A DNA stretch of 64,000 nt from Candidatus Shapirobacteria bacterium. GTDB taxonomy: Bacteria > Patescibacteriota > Microgenomatia > UBA12405. Within the stretch, counting starts at the first letter, position 1, and every line of letters starts with the position of its first letter. The DNA is taken from the NCBI GenBank assembly GCA_041665485.1, contig JBAYIT010000002.1, positions 197,867 to 261,866 of the forward strand, written 5' to 3'. Of this stretch, positions 1-11,800 are shown piece after piece. The position numbers and the translations under genes were made by a program. The notes under the pieces were generated by a model. It ran no database searches. It was given only the letters and a program-made list of their open reading frames with translations, and had not been told where the DNA came from.

Positions 1-142
1 TAGTGTTTTTTAGTTTAGGTTCCGGAGTTTTCTTTATTAATACAAAGTAGCCGATTAAAAATAACAACAGGATTAAAGCTACTCCAAGCTGGAGTAGCTT
101 TCGTGTTTTTAAATTTAAAGGATTCAATTCAATGTCTGTCAT
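1..142 (-). CDS. Partial (5' part) membrane-anchored hypothetical protein
   Basis: ATG at 142 reads MTDIELNPLNLKTRKLLQLGVALILLLFLIGYFV... and stays open to the window edge; directly follows the M23 gene. Confidence 0.6.
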   Translation of the reverse strand, partial: MTDIELNPLNLKTRKLLQLGVALILLLFLIGYFVLIKKTPEPKLKNT

Positions 143-146
143 ATCA

Positions 147-917
147 TTATTGTATATAACCCAATGGATTAACCGCTCTCCAAGTATTTCCATCTTTAAT
201 ACGTATTTCGTAATGTACATGATCGCCGGTTGAAAAGCCGGTATCCCCCATAATTCCGACTGGTGTTCCTGATCTAACCATATTTCCATTTTCAACCAAA
301 GCCAAGCTGAAATGAATGTACTTTACTCTAAACGTATTATTTGTATTTGTTATTTCTACTGTTTCTCCCCCGTAGGTATCAATATAGTGATTAACACTAC
401 CACTAATCGTAGCAAATATAACGACTTTATGCGTTTCTTTATAAGTCAAGCTATTTTCATAATATGCTGAACTAGGAACAAGATCTATCGCTGGATGTTC
501 TTTCCCGTATTGGAGGTAGTAGCCGGGGTCCAAAAAATACGAGGTAATCGTAGTGTAAGACATACCACTACCACCAAAAGGGTTTTTCCTAGGTACTTGA
601 GTGTCTCCAAAACTAGAATCTGATGGAATGTTTGAGTTGTTTGAACCAAACACCGATGTAATGTTAGTTAAGATACTCGATCCTAAAATTACGGGTGACA
701 TAAAAATAGTGCCGATAACAGTAAGCATAAATAAGAAAAAGATAAGCAAAGTAACCAGTAAGGTAGCGATTGGCTTTTTAAACTGGGCTACCAGATCACC
801 GGCTAAAGGAAGTGGAATCAGTAAATTAACGATAAAAGCAATGATCTTATCTATAAAAAATCCAAAGGGATCATCTTTTATTCTATTTAGTTGCAGTGGG
901 AGTTTGGCAACTTTCAT
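147..917 (-). CDS. M23-family metallopeptidase with N-terminal TM segments (conjugation-associated cell-wall hydrolase)
   Basis: HPAID, YIH and GDTGFSTGDHVHYE motifs; overlaps the VirB4-like stop. Confidence 0.85.
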   Translation of the reverse strand: MKVAKLPLQLNRIKDDPFGFFIDKIIAFIVNLLIPLPLAGDLVAQFKKPIATLLVTLLIFFLFMLTVIGTIFMSPVILGSSILTNITSVFGSNNSNIPSDSSFGDTQVPRKNPFGGSGMSYTTITSYFLDPGYYLQYGKEHPAIDLVPSSAYYENSLTYKETHKVVIFATISGSVNHYIDTYGGETVEITNTNNTFRVKYIHFSLALVENGNMVRSGTPVGIMGDTGFSTGDHVHYEIRIKDGNTWRAVNPLGYIQ

Positions 918-3049
918 AACCCATTGTTTCCGCCATTAAATATTAAGGGTTCTTCAAAAGGCAGGACAACAATATTTAACCGGATATGCTCTTCCTCTCT
1001 GAATAAAACCACCTCGCCAATGTTGAGATACCCTAGTTGCTGTTTTTCATCATCAGTCATTGGATATATAGTTCCAATTTCTGAAAGAGCGGCATATGAT
1101 TGCTTAAGAAGAATTTTGGTTTCCGAGTTAGTAATAATTGCTTTACCGTATTCGTTATGTAAAAAGTCCTCCACATCTTGAGTCACAGAAATGACACCAA
1201 TATTGCGCTTCCTTGCTTGTTTGACTAATTCACGATAAAAGACGGCTACTTCTGGATCAATTAATAACTTATGAGCTTCATCAATAAATAATGCTCGTCT
1301 TCTGCCGTTGTGATTATTTACCAAATTCCAAATAAGAGAAGTTAATAAATACATTGCCGGATCTCGTTTTTCATCTTTTTTCAAATCGTGAAGATCAAGC
1401 ACAATAATGTCATTATCCAGCTCTAATCTTCTGGTTGAATTAAATACACCTCTTAAACTTCCACTGGATAAGACGCTTAAATCTTTTTGCATGGGATGAT
1501 CTCCCAGAAGATCAAGTAAATTTTCGAAGCTTGGGGTTCCGGCATCATATAGTTTAATTAACTTCTCATCAAGCAAAGCACTGTCAAAATGAGCTGGAGG
1601 AATAAAGAACTTGAAGAATGTTTTTAAAGTAGAAATATGATCTAAGATATCGTTTTCTTTTGAGCTATTAATATAAAAAGGATTGATGCCATTTTCTCTT
1701 GAAAACTGAATAACTTCACCGCCTAGAGCTTTAGCCAAATTTACATATTCCCCCTCAGGATCAATAGCTAGAATTTGAACTCCTCGCATATAAAGCCTAT
1801 TCATTAAAATCTTGGCAGTGACGCTTTTACCCGATCCTGAAACACCGAATATATTAACGTTATTATTTCTTGAGGTAAAAGGATCAATAAAAACTAAAGA
1901 GCTATTGTAGGCGTTTACTCCCATAAATATCCCGTTTGGATCTTGAAGTTGTTTGGAAACAAAAGGCATCAAATAAGAAGTCGCGGTTGATTGCAGAATT
2001 CTGTTTTCTTTTAGATGATCAGTGGCAAAGGGTAAAAAGTTTTTGTAGGCGGTTTTTTGACCGAAACTATAGCGGTTAAAAGTTAGATCCATTGATAAGC
2101 TTAAATCTTGGAGTTGTTTGTGAAGGAGGGATAATTCTTTTTCGTCCTTTGCTTCCAGTTGAAGATACAGTGAATAAATAATTCCTTTTTCTGCTTCATG
2201 AATTAATTCATCTACAAAACTGGATACCTCTTCGATATTTTTATCAATCTGTTGGTCACGGATTTTACCTAGCTTAAGTCGTTCGTTTTGTTGCATTTCC
2301 AAAACTGAAAGACGTTGTTTGGCCTTTTTGAGTAGTTCACTTGAAGGAGAGGGCTCAATAAAAATACTTAAAGTAAATGGAAGTGAAGAAGTCAGCAATC
2401 TAAAAAATATATATGGGCTAAGGTACGCCGGAATATCCGCCAGATAATAAAAGCTTTTTATCCTGTCGCCGGTTTGTACATAAGAATTGGTCTCTTTAAT
2501 ATATTCACTTTTATATGATCGGTTCTGTGTCTTTTCAACCATCAAAGTATCGATGTTTTTTTCTAAGGTCAGATGAAACTCTGATTTTCCGCTCTCTGCG
2601 ACAGCTTGTTTATAATTTTTTAACTCTTTTTGGAAATCTAAGTAATTTTTAATCAATTTAACTGGATTCTTATTTGGCCTAAGAGTAGGTCTGCGAATGT
2701 TGGAAATATCACTACTTAAGAAATTATCTTTTTTTATTATTTCCTCTTGACCGGCGACTATCTCCATTAGCCGTTTAACTTCTTCTTTTAAGGCCTCGGC
2801 AGTTGCATTTTTAGGGATATCGGATTGACCATTAAAAAATTCCTTTTCCGCTATTAGTAACCCTTCATTTTTCCTTTTTATTAGATTGTATTCCTGCTTC
2901 AATTTGGCAAGTTCTTCAATCTCGATATTTTTATCGTAGGAAAGATCGGTAATTTGTTCCTTTAATTTTTGGGTTAAACTAAAATTACGAATATATCTAT
3001 ATGTCCTAATAACTCGTTTATGGAATTTTTTTATCAGATTTGTTTTCAT
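914..3049 (-). CDS. VirB4/TraE-like conjugative ATPase
   Basis: Walker A GVSGSGKS, IDPEGEY, Walker B FIDEAH, RKRN..VTQ motifs. Confidence 0.85.
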   Translation of the reverse strand: MKTNLIKKFHKRVIRTYRYIRNFSLTQKLKEQITDLSYDKNIEIEELAKLKQEYNLIKRKNEGLLIAEKEFFNGQSDIPKNATAEALKEEVKRLMEIVAGQEEIIKKDNFLSSDISNIRRPTLRPNKNPVKLIKNYLDFQKELKNYKQAVAESGKSEFHLTLEKNIDTLMVEKTQNRSYKSEYIKETNSYVQTGDRIKSFYYLADIPAYLSPYIFFRLLTSSLPFTLSIFIEPSPSSELLKKAKQRLSVLEMQQNERLKLGKIRDQQIDKNIEEVSSFVDELIHEAEKGIIYSLYLQLEAKDEKELSLLHKQLQDLSLSMDLTFNRYSFGQKTAYKNFLPFATDHLKENRILQSTATSYLMPFVSKQLQDPNGIFMGVNAYNSSLVFIDPFTSRNNNVNIFGVSGSGKSVTAKILMNRLYMRGVQILAIDPEGEYVNLAKALGGEVIQFSRENGINPFYINSSKENDILDHISTLKTFFKFFIPPAHFDSALLDEKLIKLYDAGTPSFENLLDLLGDHPMQKDLSVLSSGSLRGVFNSTRRLELDNDIIVLDLHDLKKDEKRDPAMYLLTSLIWNLVNNHNGRRRALFIDEAHKLLIDPEVAVFYRELVKQARKRNIGVISVTQDVEDFLHNEYGKAIITNSETKILLKQSYAALSEIGTIYPMTDDEKQQLGYLNIGEVVLFREEEHIRLNIVVLPFEEPLIFNGGNNGL

Positions 3050-3858
3050 GGTCGTAAGGTAGAACTCATAAAGCGTATTAATTCTTGATTGACTAGTGGT
3101 TTGACCGTTATATTGCAGGCTGATAATGCTCCGGCAAAACTAATGCTTAAGTCGTTTAGCTTTTTAATTGCAATAGTAAACTCCGAAGTTTTTCTGGCAT
3201 TACAGCCCATGGATAACACCGCGTAATGGCGGGTAATAAATAAGGTGTCAGTACTTATGAATTTTGACAAATCATTGATATAACGGGTGATAAGGGATTC
3301 GCGGTTAAGTTTCGCCCCACCATAAAGTGAAAAGAAGTGTTTAGAATAATCCTTAATTTCGGCTTTTTCTTTTCGGACAATCAATTGTACCGGTGCAGGT
3401 AGTATATTTATCGCTTGTTTAAGTCTAATAAAGAAGTTTTCGCGATCTTGTTCGTTTAGCAAAGCTACATCAAATGGTTCAATCGCTAGCATTTTGACAA
3501 TACTGCCGTTTCTGACAATCAGATTATCCTGAATGGTAAAGTCAGTAAAATACGGCTCAATATCTTTGAAGCGTTTTTCTTTTCTTCCAGATTTAAAGGT
3601 AAGCAGGCGTGGTACAACTTTATAAATTGGCTGGTTATCAATATTTTGGGTAATAAAAGCGACAAAAAAGATGGTCGTTACAATCACCGATGAAATGTAA
3701 TAGCTCCACTGAAACAAGTGGAGAATATGGTGAAAAACTAAATATAAAGATATGGCTATGATTACAGTCCCAGCAATCACCAGAACAGAGTCTGTAAAAA
3801 ACAGACTTCGCAGTATATGAACCCTAATATCGTCTTTATATATTCTTACGTTTTTCAT
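3046..3858 (-). CDS. PrgI/VirB3-like membrane protein with VirB4 N-terminal-like region
   Basis: Two N-terminal TM helices; lies directly upstream of and overlapping the VirB4-like gene. Confidence 0.55.
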   Translation of the reverse strand: MKNVRIYKDDIRVHILRSLFFTDSVLVIAGTVIIAISLYLVFHHILHLFQWSYYISSVIVTTIFFVAFITQNIDNQPIYKVVPRLLTFKSGRKEKRFKDIEPYFTDFTIQDNLIVRNGSIVKMLAIEPFDVALLNEQDRENFFIRLKQAINILPAPVQLIVRKEKAEIKDYSKHFFSLYGGAKLNRESLITRYINDLSKFISTDTLFITRHYAVLSMGCNARKTSEFTIAIKKLNDLSISFAGALSACNITVKPLVNQELIRFMSSTLRP

Positions 3859-5599
3859 AGTTTTTATGAGAATAAATCCTAATTATTGGATCAGTCCCTT
3901 TTTTAGCTTGACGCTCAACTATCACACCCGAAATACCATATGCTTGATTTCTGCTCTTTGCTATTTCCAAGAAATTTTTAACTCGGTGGGGTGGGCTAGC
4001 TTGATTGATAAAGGCATAATTAATTTCTTTACCCTGTCGTTTTGATTCTTCCATCGCATTAAAATTATGAGGGTTAGGGTTGTTTTTGCCAAAACTGGAG
4101 AGATCAATAAACTGCTCGTGATCAAAAGTCACTTTTTGCAGTTTATCTTCTGCTACGCCATCCTGTACTGCCTCTAATCTGGATGGATAGTATGAAACTA
4201 AAGCATTTTTCTTGTCTTCATATTTATACGCATCGCCGCTTACCGAAACTACTCCCTGCTTTGGGTTTTCTGTTTCTATCACAAATCCTTTACCTGTTAA
4301 ATTTTGAGAAAAAGGAGGAACGGTAACTTTTTCTTTACCTTGGGGATTTTGATTGTTACCCTTATTAAAGATGTTTGTTTTCTGATTCGAGTTGGTATTA
4401 TCGGAAGTTGCGGTTTGTTTACTATTATAATCACCACCCGAGTCTCTGTTTTGAAATAACGATCTGGTTTTATGTCCCAATTGACTGCTGATATTTCCAC
4501 CGATAAAGCCTCTGGAGAAATTACTAATGGGTGATGTTACCGCTTTAGATAATCCCCGATACGATATTGCTGCATACATGTTTCCAGACATAGCCGTCCA
4601 AACATCTCCAAACATTTTAGCCACCAGCACATTAACACTACCTAAAAAAAATAGGAAGCCGGTGTAAAAGAAAAGCATACCCACACTTGGACCTTTAGAA
4701 TTTAGAATGCTGGTAAAAATATCAGTAGCAATCGCAAACCCCAAAACAAAGGCAGGTTGCTCGATGAGAAAGGTAAACCACGATTTAAAAAAGGTATGCA
4801 CGATCCCTTCTGTTCGTTCTGACAGGGCAAAAGGGAGAATAATCGGATAAAGCACTCCCAAAAATAATAAAGAGGCGAAGCGAATTACAAACTGAAATCC
4901 TATGTAAATAAAGCCACATAGTAAAAAGACAAAGGTTAAAGCAAAAAGAAGAATTTGGACAATAAACTTACCAAGTGAATGGAAGATTCCACCCCGTAGC
5001 GAGATATCAAATGAGGGGATACCAAAAGTCTCTGACGGATTGTTATTTTCACTTATCGCTTCTTGAGATTTATTAAAGTAGTCATCTAAAAACCCGGTAA
5101 ACTTTTGGGTAGTTGAGATTTTATCAACCAAAAGATTGTTAAACTGGATACTGTAAGAAAGTACTGATGGTACGGTGACAAAAAGAACAATAACTATAAG
5201 TAAACGAACAAAAAAAGATTTTAGTTGTTGAGCATTATCAGAGCCGAGCTTTGTCATGGCAATACCGGCGATGATTATGGCAAGTATTGGGATAGCAATT
5301 TGATAGAACATATCTCTATATTTGGTAACTCCCGGAATTTCAGAGTTATCTTTTAGCTTGATGGTGTTAGCCAGCGGATCGGGAGTATAGAAAATAAAAC
5401 CACCTAAAAAGGAATCAAATCCGGCAATAAAGTTTTTTAGCAGTGAGATTATTGAAGACGGTTCGTTTTGAACAGTAAATTCATTTGTATACTGAATGAC
5501 GGGAGCAGGTGTTGGAGTCGGGGTTTCTTGAGCTAATACAATTTGTGAAGTTAAGAGAAAGGCAATTGTTGTAAAAGCGATTATTAATGCTATTTTCAT
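3836..5599 (-). CDS. VirB6/TrbL-like polytopic membrane protein
   Basis: Signal peptide, several TM helices and a hydrophilic tail, within the T4SS operon. Confidence 0.6.
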   Translation of the reverse strand: MKIALIIAFTTIAFLLTSQIVLAQETPTPTPAPVIQYTNEFTVQNEPSSIISLLKNFIAGFDSFLGGFIFYTPDPLANTIKLKDNSEIPGVTKYRDMFYQIAIPILAIIIAGIAMTKLGSDNAQQLKSFFVRLLIVIVLFVTVPSVLSYSIQFNNLLVDKISTTQKFTGFLDDYFNKSQEAISENNNPSETFGIPSFDISLRGGIFHSLGKFIVQILLFALTFVFLLCGFIYIGFQFVIRFASLLFLGVLYPIILPFALSERTEGIVHTFFKSWFTFLIEQPAFVLGFAIATDIFTSILNSKGPSVGMLFFYTGFLFFLGSVNVLVAKMFGDVWTAMSGNMYAAISYRGLSKAVTSPISNFSRGFIGGNISSQLGHKTRSLFQNRDSGGDYNSKQTATSDNTNSNQKTNIFNKGNNQNPQGKEKVTVPPFSQNLTGKGFVIETENPKQGVVSVSGDAYKYEDKKNALVSYYPSRLEAVQDGVAEDKLQKVTFDHEQFIDLSSFGKNNPNPHNFNAMEESKRQGKEINYAFINQASPPHRVKNFLEIAKSRNQAYGISGVIVERQAKKGTDPIIRIYSHKNYEKRKNI

Positions 5600-5628
5600 A
5601 AGGCGGCAGAATGGACTTATGTTGGTCC

Positions 5629-5913
5629 TTAGTTAGTGCCACCGACAAACTGTTTCAAAATACTGGCCAAACTTGCCGCACCAAAGACTAGAAGACCTCC
5701 AATTAAAATATTAAAGATCCATCCTTTAAGTCGTGATTTTCTTTCGGTATCATCGCCACTGGCAATAAGAGCAATACCGAGTGCAGCAATTGAAAGCGCC
5801 ATAACAGGGAGTGAAAAATATTGAAGTGTTTTAACCACGCCCCATAACAACTGATCAAGACTAGTAAATTGGATGGGTTGAGCTGTATTATAAGCTGTAA
5901 TATCGTTTGCCAT
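5629..5913 (-). CDS. VirB2/TrbC-like pilin (two TM helices)
   Basis: Short protein with two hydrophobic helices separated by SGDDTERKSRLKGW; first gene of the T4SS operon; likely start MANDIT. Confidence 0.6.
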   Translation of the reverse strand: MANDITAYNTAQPIQFTSLDQLLWGVVKTLQYFSLPVMALSIAALGIALIASGDDTERKSRLKGWIFNILIGGLLVFGAASLASILKQFVGGTN

Positions 5914-6089
5914 ATTATTTGTGCGAATTATACTAAATAATATGAGGTATGTCAACAATAAGACCGTAGCGACAATGATTTATGCAATAAACTCCAATGT
6001 TTATGCTTCTTGCAATCAAAATTACTTAAGACTTGGAAGTTATTACTATAAACATAAATGTGCAATAATCGTTTGAATTATCAAGAACT

Positions 6090-8117
6090 TTACTCGTATC
6101 TTAAGGCGTTAAGAGCAGAGATTTTGGTGGCCCGTCTGGCCGGATAAATACCGGTAATAATCCCGACCAAAAGTGAGAGAAAGATGATTACAAAAACAAA
6201 CGATAGTGGTAAATATGAGATATCGACAAACCCAATCCCTTTAAAGATCGAAAAAATGGAAATAACGATTCCGGCAAACTTGCCCAAGATAAATCCTAAA
6301 ATAATTCCCAAAATCCCTCCGAAAAATCCCATAATCATGGATTCTGTTAAAAATAATTCCTGTACCTCAGAAGATTTCATTCCCATTGCTTTCATTAACC
6401 CTACTTCTCGAGTTCGCTCCAGAAGCGATACGGTGAGGGTGTTAAACATGCCCAAAGCGGCTACTGACAAAGCTACCATACCCAGAAGCATCAAAAGAGT
6501 TCTGGCTGTCGCAAAAAGCGAGTTAATTTGTTCTACCGTATCGGCAACCGATCTGGTTACGTACCCCATAGCTTCAACTTGTTTTCTGACTTTGGGAAGG
6601 TCTGTCTGGTTATTAACCACTACTTTTACTTGTGAGTAGTTCGTAATTCCCAAAGTGCGAAGGTCAATAAAAGGCACGTAAAAAACCGGTGTTTTTTCCT
6701 CTGGCGTCACTCCAATGATGGTATATTCTGCTGGAGCCGATTCAATTTTTTGGGTGGGATCAGTCAGAAGATCGCCAACAACAACAAACGAAGCCGTAAA
6801 CTTTTTCCCGACTGCTTCACTTTCTTTTATCCCAAGAACCGATAACATGGCACGGTTGACCACCGCTTGCTTTCTTGCTTCAGCAGCTAATTCAATTGTT
6901 TTTGTTTCCGGGGTTGCAATAACGCCGGCTTCAGAGGCAATTTCTACCCAACCAACCATATCGTCAACTTTTTTACCTGAAGCAGTTGAGTTATTAGTCG
7001 TTACACCTAAAACCTGTGGTTCAGTCACATTTACACCAGAGATTTTTATATTTATCTCGGCAAAAAAGCCGGTCTTTTGCACCTGCTTATTATCCTCATC
7101 CCGTAAAACAACATATTTTCCCTCCTCACAATCTCCTTGTGTTTCTGAATCACATTTTTCCTCTTTCCAAAGAAGCACTGGCGCTTTGATCCATTTCCCC
7201 AATGATGATCCTTCTTCTGTATTGCCGAATTCACCTGCGCCGTAGTCTGATAAATAACTGTCACCCCAAACTTCTTCGCCCGCAGACGTTCCTTCAACAC
7301 GCTTGGTATACCCTAAAACCTTAGCGGTAGTTGATGGGTTTTCCCGCACCCTAATCCAGGAAGAAGCATCTACAGCATAGTCTAATTTCTGTATTGACTC
7401 ACCTTGTTTACCAATCCGGTTTTCCGTTGTTGCACCGGCCACCTGCCCGGTCTTTTCCAATAATTCTGCCGTCAGCTCATTGCTGTCAAAGATTTTTCCC
7501 TCAACTGGCTTGATGGCTGATTGTTGGAGGTAGTCGGTCGTCACTCCGTAAACTGCCATATCGGACTGCGAATTTTGATAGTTGACTCGGCCAACAACGG
7601 CAATCAAGGGTAGTGCCATGTTAATCGCCGATATATCTTTAAAGTTGGAAAGAGTTTTGTCGTCAATTTTTATTTTTCCTCCCGATTGAGTGGTTATATC
7701 GGCTTGTCTCATCTCCTCAAGTCGGGCCACCCGGGTAATCACCAGTTGTTGCAAACCATAACCAATGGATACCAAAAACACAATCGCTCCAATGCCAATC
7801 ATCATCCCGCCGATAGTAACTATAGTTCTCGTTTTTTTGGATTTCATATTTCGAACCGAAAGTTCAATCAGGTCAACTCTTGAAATCGTGTTGCTGCGAT
7901 GTTGGTCTAAAAGCTTTGTTGCTTTGACGTAAAATGATAGAAGTGGAGAGGTTAATCGTGCTTTTACGCCTTTGGGAAATAATTTCCAATTAGAAATCGT
8001 AATTATTCCATTTGCGGTCACATAAAGCATGATAAGCAAGGCAAACGTTACCGCATGCCACAAAGCACCGGTAAAGTTTAAAAAACTAAATTTAGATTTT
8101 GATTGGTAATTTTGCAT
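6090..8117 (-). CDS. MacB/FtsX-family ABC permease with large extracellular insert
   Basis: RT.VTIGGMMIGIGAIVFL at TM1; SLLERTREVGLMKAMG and YPARRATKISALNALRYE at the C-terminus. Confidence 0.9.
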   Translation of the reverse strand: MQNYQSKSKFSFLNFTGALWHAVTFALLIMLYVTANGIITISNWKLFPKGVKARLTSPLLSFYVKATKLLDQHRSNTISRVDLIELSVRNMKSKKTRTIVTIGGMMIGIGAIVFLVSIGYGLQQLVITRVARLEEMRQADITTQSGGKIKIDDKTLSNFKDISAINMALPLIAVVGRVNYQNSQSDMAVYGVTTDYLQQSAIKPVEGKIFDSNELTAELLEKTGQVAGATTENRIGKQGESIQKLDYAVDASSWIRVRENPSTTAKVLGYTKRVEGTSAGEEVWGDSYLSDYGAGEFGNTEEGSSLGKWIKAPVLLWKEEKCDSETQGDCEEGKYVVLRDEDNKQVQKTGFFAEINIKISGVNVTEPQVLGVTTNNSTASGKKVDDMVGWVEIASEAGVIATPETKTIELAAEARKQAVVNRAMLSVLGIKESEAVGKKFTASFVVVGDLLTDPTQKIESAPAEYTIIGVTPEEKTPVFYVPFIDLRTLGITNYSQVKVVVNNQTDLPKVRKQVEAMGYVTRSVADTVEQINSLFATARTLLMLLGMVALSVAALGMFNTLTVSLLERTREVGLMKAMGMKSSEVQELFLTESMIMGFFGGILGIILGFILGKFAGIVISIFSIFKGIGFVDISYLPLSFVFVIIFLSLLVGIITGIYPARRATKISALNALRYE

Positions 8118-8125
8118 TGTTATTT

Positions 8126-8884
8126 TTACGCTTGGATTTTTAAATCTTTACCTCGCTTACTTTTAATTTCACTCATTAACTCTTTTTGGTCTTCCTTGTC
8201 ATAGACACCAACAACACTCCCGTTAAACATCTTTACCGCCGTAATGGCATACTTTAAATACTCTAAATCATGGGTGACCATCAAAATGGTTTTTTTGTGT
8301 TCTTTATTTAACTCCGTTAACAGTTTCATTAGTCCTTGTCCTGATTCATAATCCAAGTTTCCGGTTGGTTCATCAGCAATAATTACTTCAGGATTGGTAA
8401 CCAAGGCCCTAGCTAGTGCTACCCGCTGTTGTTGGCCGCTTGATAATTCAGTTGGGATGTACGTTGCCCAATTGATCATTTCCACCGTTTCCAATATAAC
8501 TCGGGCTTTTTCCAAACTATGAAAACGGTCAAGTCCCAAAAGCTGCAGGGGGAAGGCGACGTTTTCGACAACCGTAAGCGACCTAATCCAGTTTGGCTGT
8601 TGATAGACGATGCCGGTATGCTCTTTTCTAAAATCCGACCGGTCATCTTCGGTTAATCCATCGTAGAGATTTTTACCGGAAAAATACACACTTCCCTTAG
8701 TTGGTGCTTCCAGCCCCAGCATGGTATGTAACAGCGTTGACTTACCACAACCGGATGGGCCAAAAATAATGACAAAGTCACCACTTTTAATTTCCAAAGA
8801 AATATCTTTAAGTACCGGTACATCTTGGTCGCCGATATGGAACGACTTGGCCACATTTTGTATTTTAAAAAGATAATCATTCAT
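8126..8884 (-). CDS. LolD/MacB-type ABC ATPase
   Basis: GPSGCGKST, LSSGQQQRV, ADEPTGNLD, MVTHD. Confidence 0.93.
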   Translation of the reverse strand: MNDYLFKIQNVAKSFHIGDQDVPVLKDISLEIKSGDFVIIFGPSGCGKSTLLHTMLGLEAPTKGSVYFSGKNLYDGLTEDDRSDFRKEHTGIVYQQPNWIRSLTVVENVAFPLQLLGLDRFHSLEKARVILETVEMINWATYIPTELSSGQQQRVALARALVTNPEVIIADEPTGNLDYESGQGLMKLLTELNKEHKKTILMVTHDLEYLKYAITAVKMFNGSVVGVYDKEDQKELMSEIKSKRGKDLKIQA

Positions 8885-8886
8885 AG

Positions 8887-11800
8887 TTATTTATTAGTTC
8901 CTCCCATAAATCCAAAGGCTTGCTGCAGGTTAGTAATCACCAGATTTAAAGCGTTATCGGTGGCCTTAGGTGTAATCGTTACCGTGTCAATTGAGTTGCC
9001 GACATTACCCACTTTGTCTTTGGAAGTTGACCGCACATGATAAACTTTTGCTGGCGTTAAGTTTGAAATTATTACCAAGTGGTTTATGGTCAAGTTAGTA
9101 TCTTCTTGCGTTTTTTGTGAGTAGGTTGTGCCGGTACCTTCGCCAAACTCTACTTGAGAAGTTGCCGGTTCATCCGTATTCCAGGATACGATTAGTTGGG
9201 CGGTTGATTCCTGGGCGGTTGAAGCGGTGGGTGGGATAGTTGCACCTTCAACATGAAGCTCTAAAACCTGCGGCGGTCTGGTATCGGTTGCTGTTGTCAG
9301 CCGCTGCGAATCAGAAGCAGCTTCGTTGCCGATTTTATCGCGCCCTCTTACCACCATAATATAATTTGTTTGGGGCAAAAGTCCGCGGATAATCATTCGG
9401 TGGTCACCTTTCGTTAAAGCGACATTAACTTCATCGCGGGCGTCAGCGGAATTACCCTCAGGATAGTAGGTGACAATTGAAGAGACTTCGGTGTTGGTAA
9501 TCCACGTCACTAAAAGAGTTGATTGAGCGGTGTTGGCTACTTGCTGAATCCTGACATTGCTAATTTTTGGCCTTGGTAGGGTAGTAAAGTCCAAGATTGT
9601 GCCTTCGTATTCGCTTGATTCGCTGTCAAAGGTATTGATTTTATAGTAATACTTTGTCCCATCCAAAAGTCCTGTGAGTTCGGCTGTGTAAGTGGTCTCA
9701 GTAGTTGAGGTTGAAATTTCTTTAGCTCCGCCAAAACTGGTGGTGGTGCCATAGTATATTTTGATTTTTGAGGCGTTGTTGGAAGTGAACTGGATAATAG
9801 CGGTAGTTAAACCAATGTTTTTAGCGCTGACGTCTTTAACGGTTGGCGCCGAAGAGGTAGAAAAGCTTTTTTCTTCACTGGCTCCAGTATTACCGTCTTC
9901 ATCTGTCCATTTGGTTTTATAGTAATAGGTTGTTCCCGGATTTAAGCCGGTCAACTGGATTGAATGCGAAGAAACCTGAGAGGAGTTGCTGGGCTCAACC
10001 GTATTATAACTACCGCTGGTTGTGCCGTACTGCACTTTGGAATCCGAGCTTCTGGAAGTTGTCCAGGTAATTGTGGCTTTTTTTGTGGTAATTGATCCGA
10101 CGTCTGGTCCGGTTGAGAGACTAGGGGCTGATGTCCATTTACCTGTAGGAGTGATTGAAACTGCATTAGATCCCGATGATTGGGCGTTAGCGCCGTCTTT
10201 GGCGTAAATCTTGTAGTAGTATTTGGCCGATGTAGGAGTGTTATCTACATAAGAAAGGCCCGAAGTTGTTCCGGTTTGAGCAAAAGTTGTGCCGTCAGTT
10301 GAGCGATAAACAAGATAGGTCAGATTTCCCGCACCTTTATAAGTTGGCGCCGTCCAAGTCAGGGTCACATTCCATTGGGATTGAGATTTAATCGAAGAAT
10401 CGGAAGCCACCAGATTCCCGGGATTGTCAGGATCAGTCGAGTCAAGAGTAAATGACGCCGAAATATAGTTTGAAGGCGAATAATTGGGAGTTGACGCATT
10501 ATCAATTGCCACAACATTGACGGTATTTGTGCCTTTGTTCACACCGGGCAAGGCTGCGGCCGAAACCGTTCGTGATGTTCCGTTGTCAATATAGGTAGTG
10601 GCGTTTCCTTGTAAAGTCGCCAAGGTTGAAGGCGGCGAAGTGTTGATCATATAATAATAATGGGCCACAGTTTTACCATTGGTCGGTGTTGCCTCTGGCC
10701 AGGATAAAGCATATGAATTAGAAGTTGAAGTTGATGGGGTTACGGTTACAGTCGCTAACCCGTCAAACGCCGGAGCTGCCCCGCCGTAATTGAGATTACA
10801 GGTTCGGATTGTCGCATCAGTTGAAATATTACCGGCAATATCGACTGTCCGGAAATAAATGATGTTATTGCCAGAATCAATTCCGTGCGGCAAACTATCA
10901 GACTTACCGTCCTGGGCCTGGGTTAATGTCCGCGAAGTGGCACTTGTGGGAACGTAATTATTGATACCAACCAGTGCTTCCGTGGTTGTCCCCAGCCATG
11001 TACCAGTTGTAGTATTAATCTGGTATTGCCAACCTAATATTCCCGATCCAACCACTTCGGTAACCGTATCAGAGGATGCCACGCTGTCAGTTGTCGGCCA
11101 GGAAAAGTTCATATCAGCAACATTGGAAAAACTACCCGAAGCGCAGGAAATATAGGCAGTATTTAAAGGCCGAGTATCGTCATACCTGAATTTAAAAGTA
11201 GCCGAGTTTCCGGCAAAAATATTACCTGATTTATCCACTACCTTGACAGCAAAAAGATAAGACTTAGGTGAGGTTGACAGAGGCGTTGTAAAATGACTTG
11301 CTAAATCAATACTGGTTCCGGTCACAATAAATTGGCAGGTCGTGCCGTCTGTTGGCACCGGACTGGTACTTAAAAGTCCCTTGGCTGTTGCCGGATCATT
11401 ATCTGGGATATCATCTCCGTTATTATCAAGGCTTAATGACAAACAATAGCCTTTAACTCCACTTTCGTTAGGATTATCGGCTCCGGCTGTCCAGGAAAAG
11501 TAAGGAGATGGGTTATTCGTCCAACCGTTTGAAGCCACCGTCGTTCCGCCGTTTGACCGAGACATTAAAATTGTAGAGGCATTACTTCCCCCGTTTGCAA
11601 CGTTTGGCGGGTTGGTGTCGGTGGTAAAACCAACTGATATATGAGGCAGTTTTGGTACATCAGCGCTTTCCGAGTTAAAAATAGCCTTAACTGAAATTTT
11701 ATGCGAAGTGGCAATAAGTGACGCATGTTGCATAATCGGGTTTTGTGCGTCCATTAGTTGTGCTGCCGTATTACCATCCGTTGCTCCGGCTACCACCCAA

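Noticed and set aside
75-101. 12-bp perfect inverted repeat AAAGCTACTCCA/TGGAGTAGCTTT
   Set aside because: It lies inside a coding region and no function can be supported.
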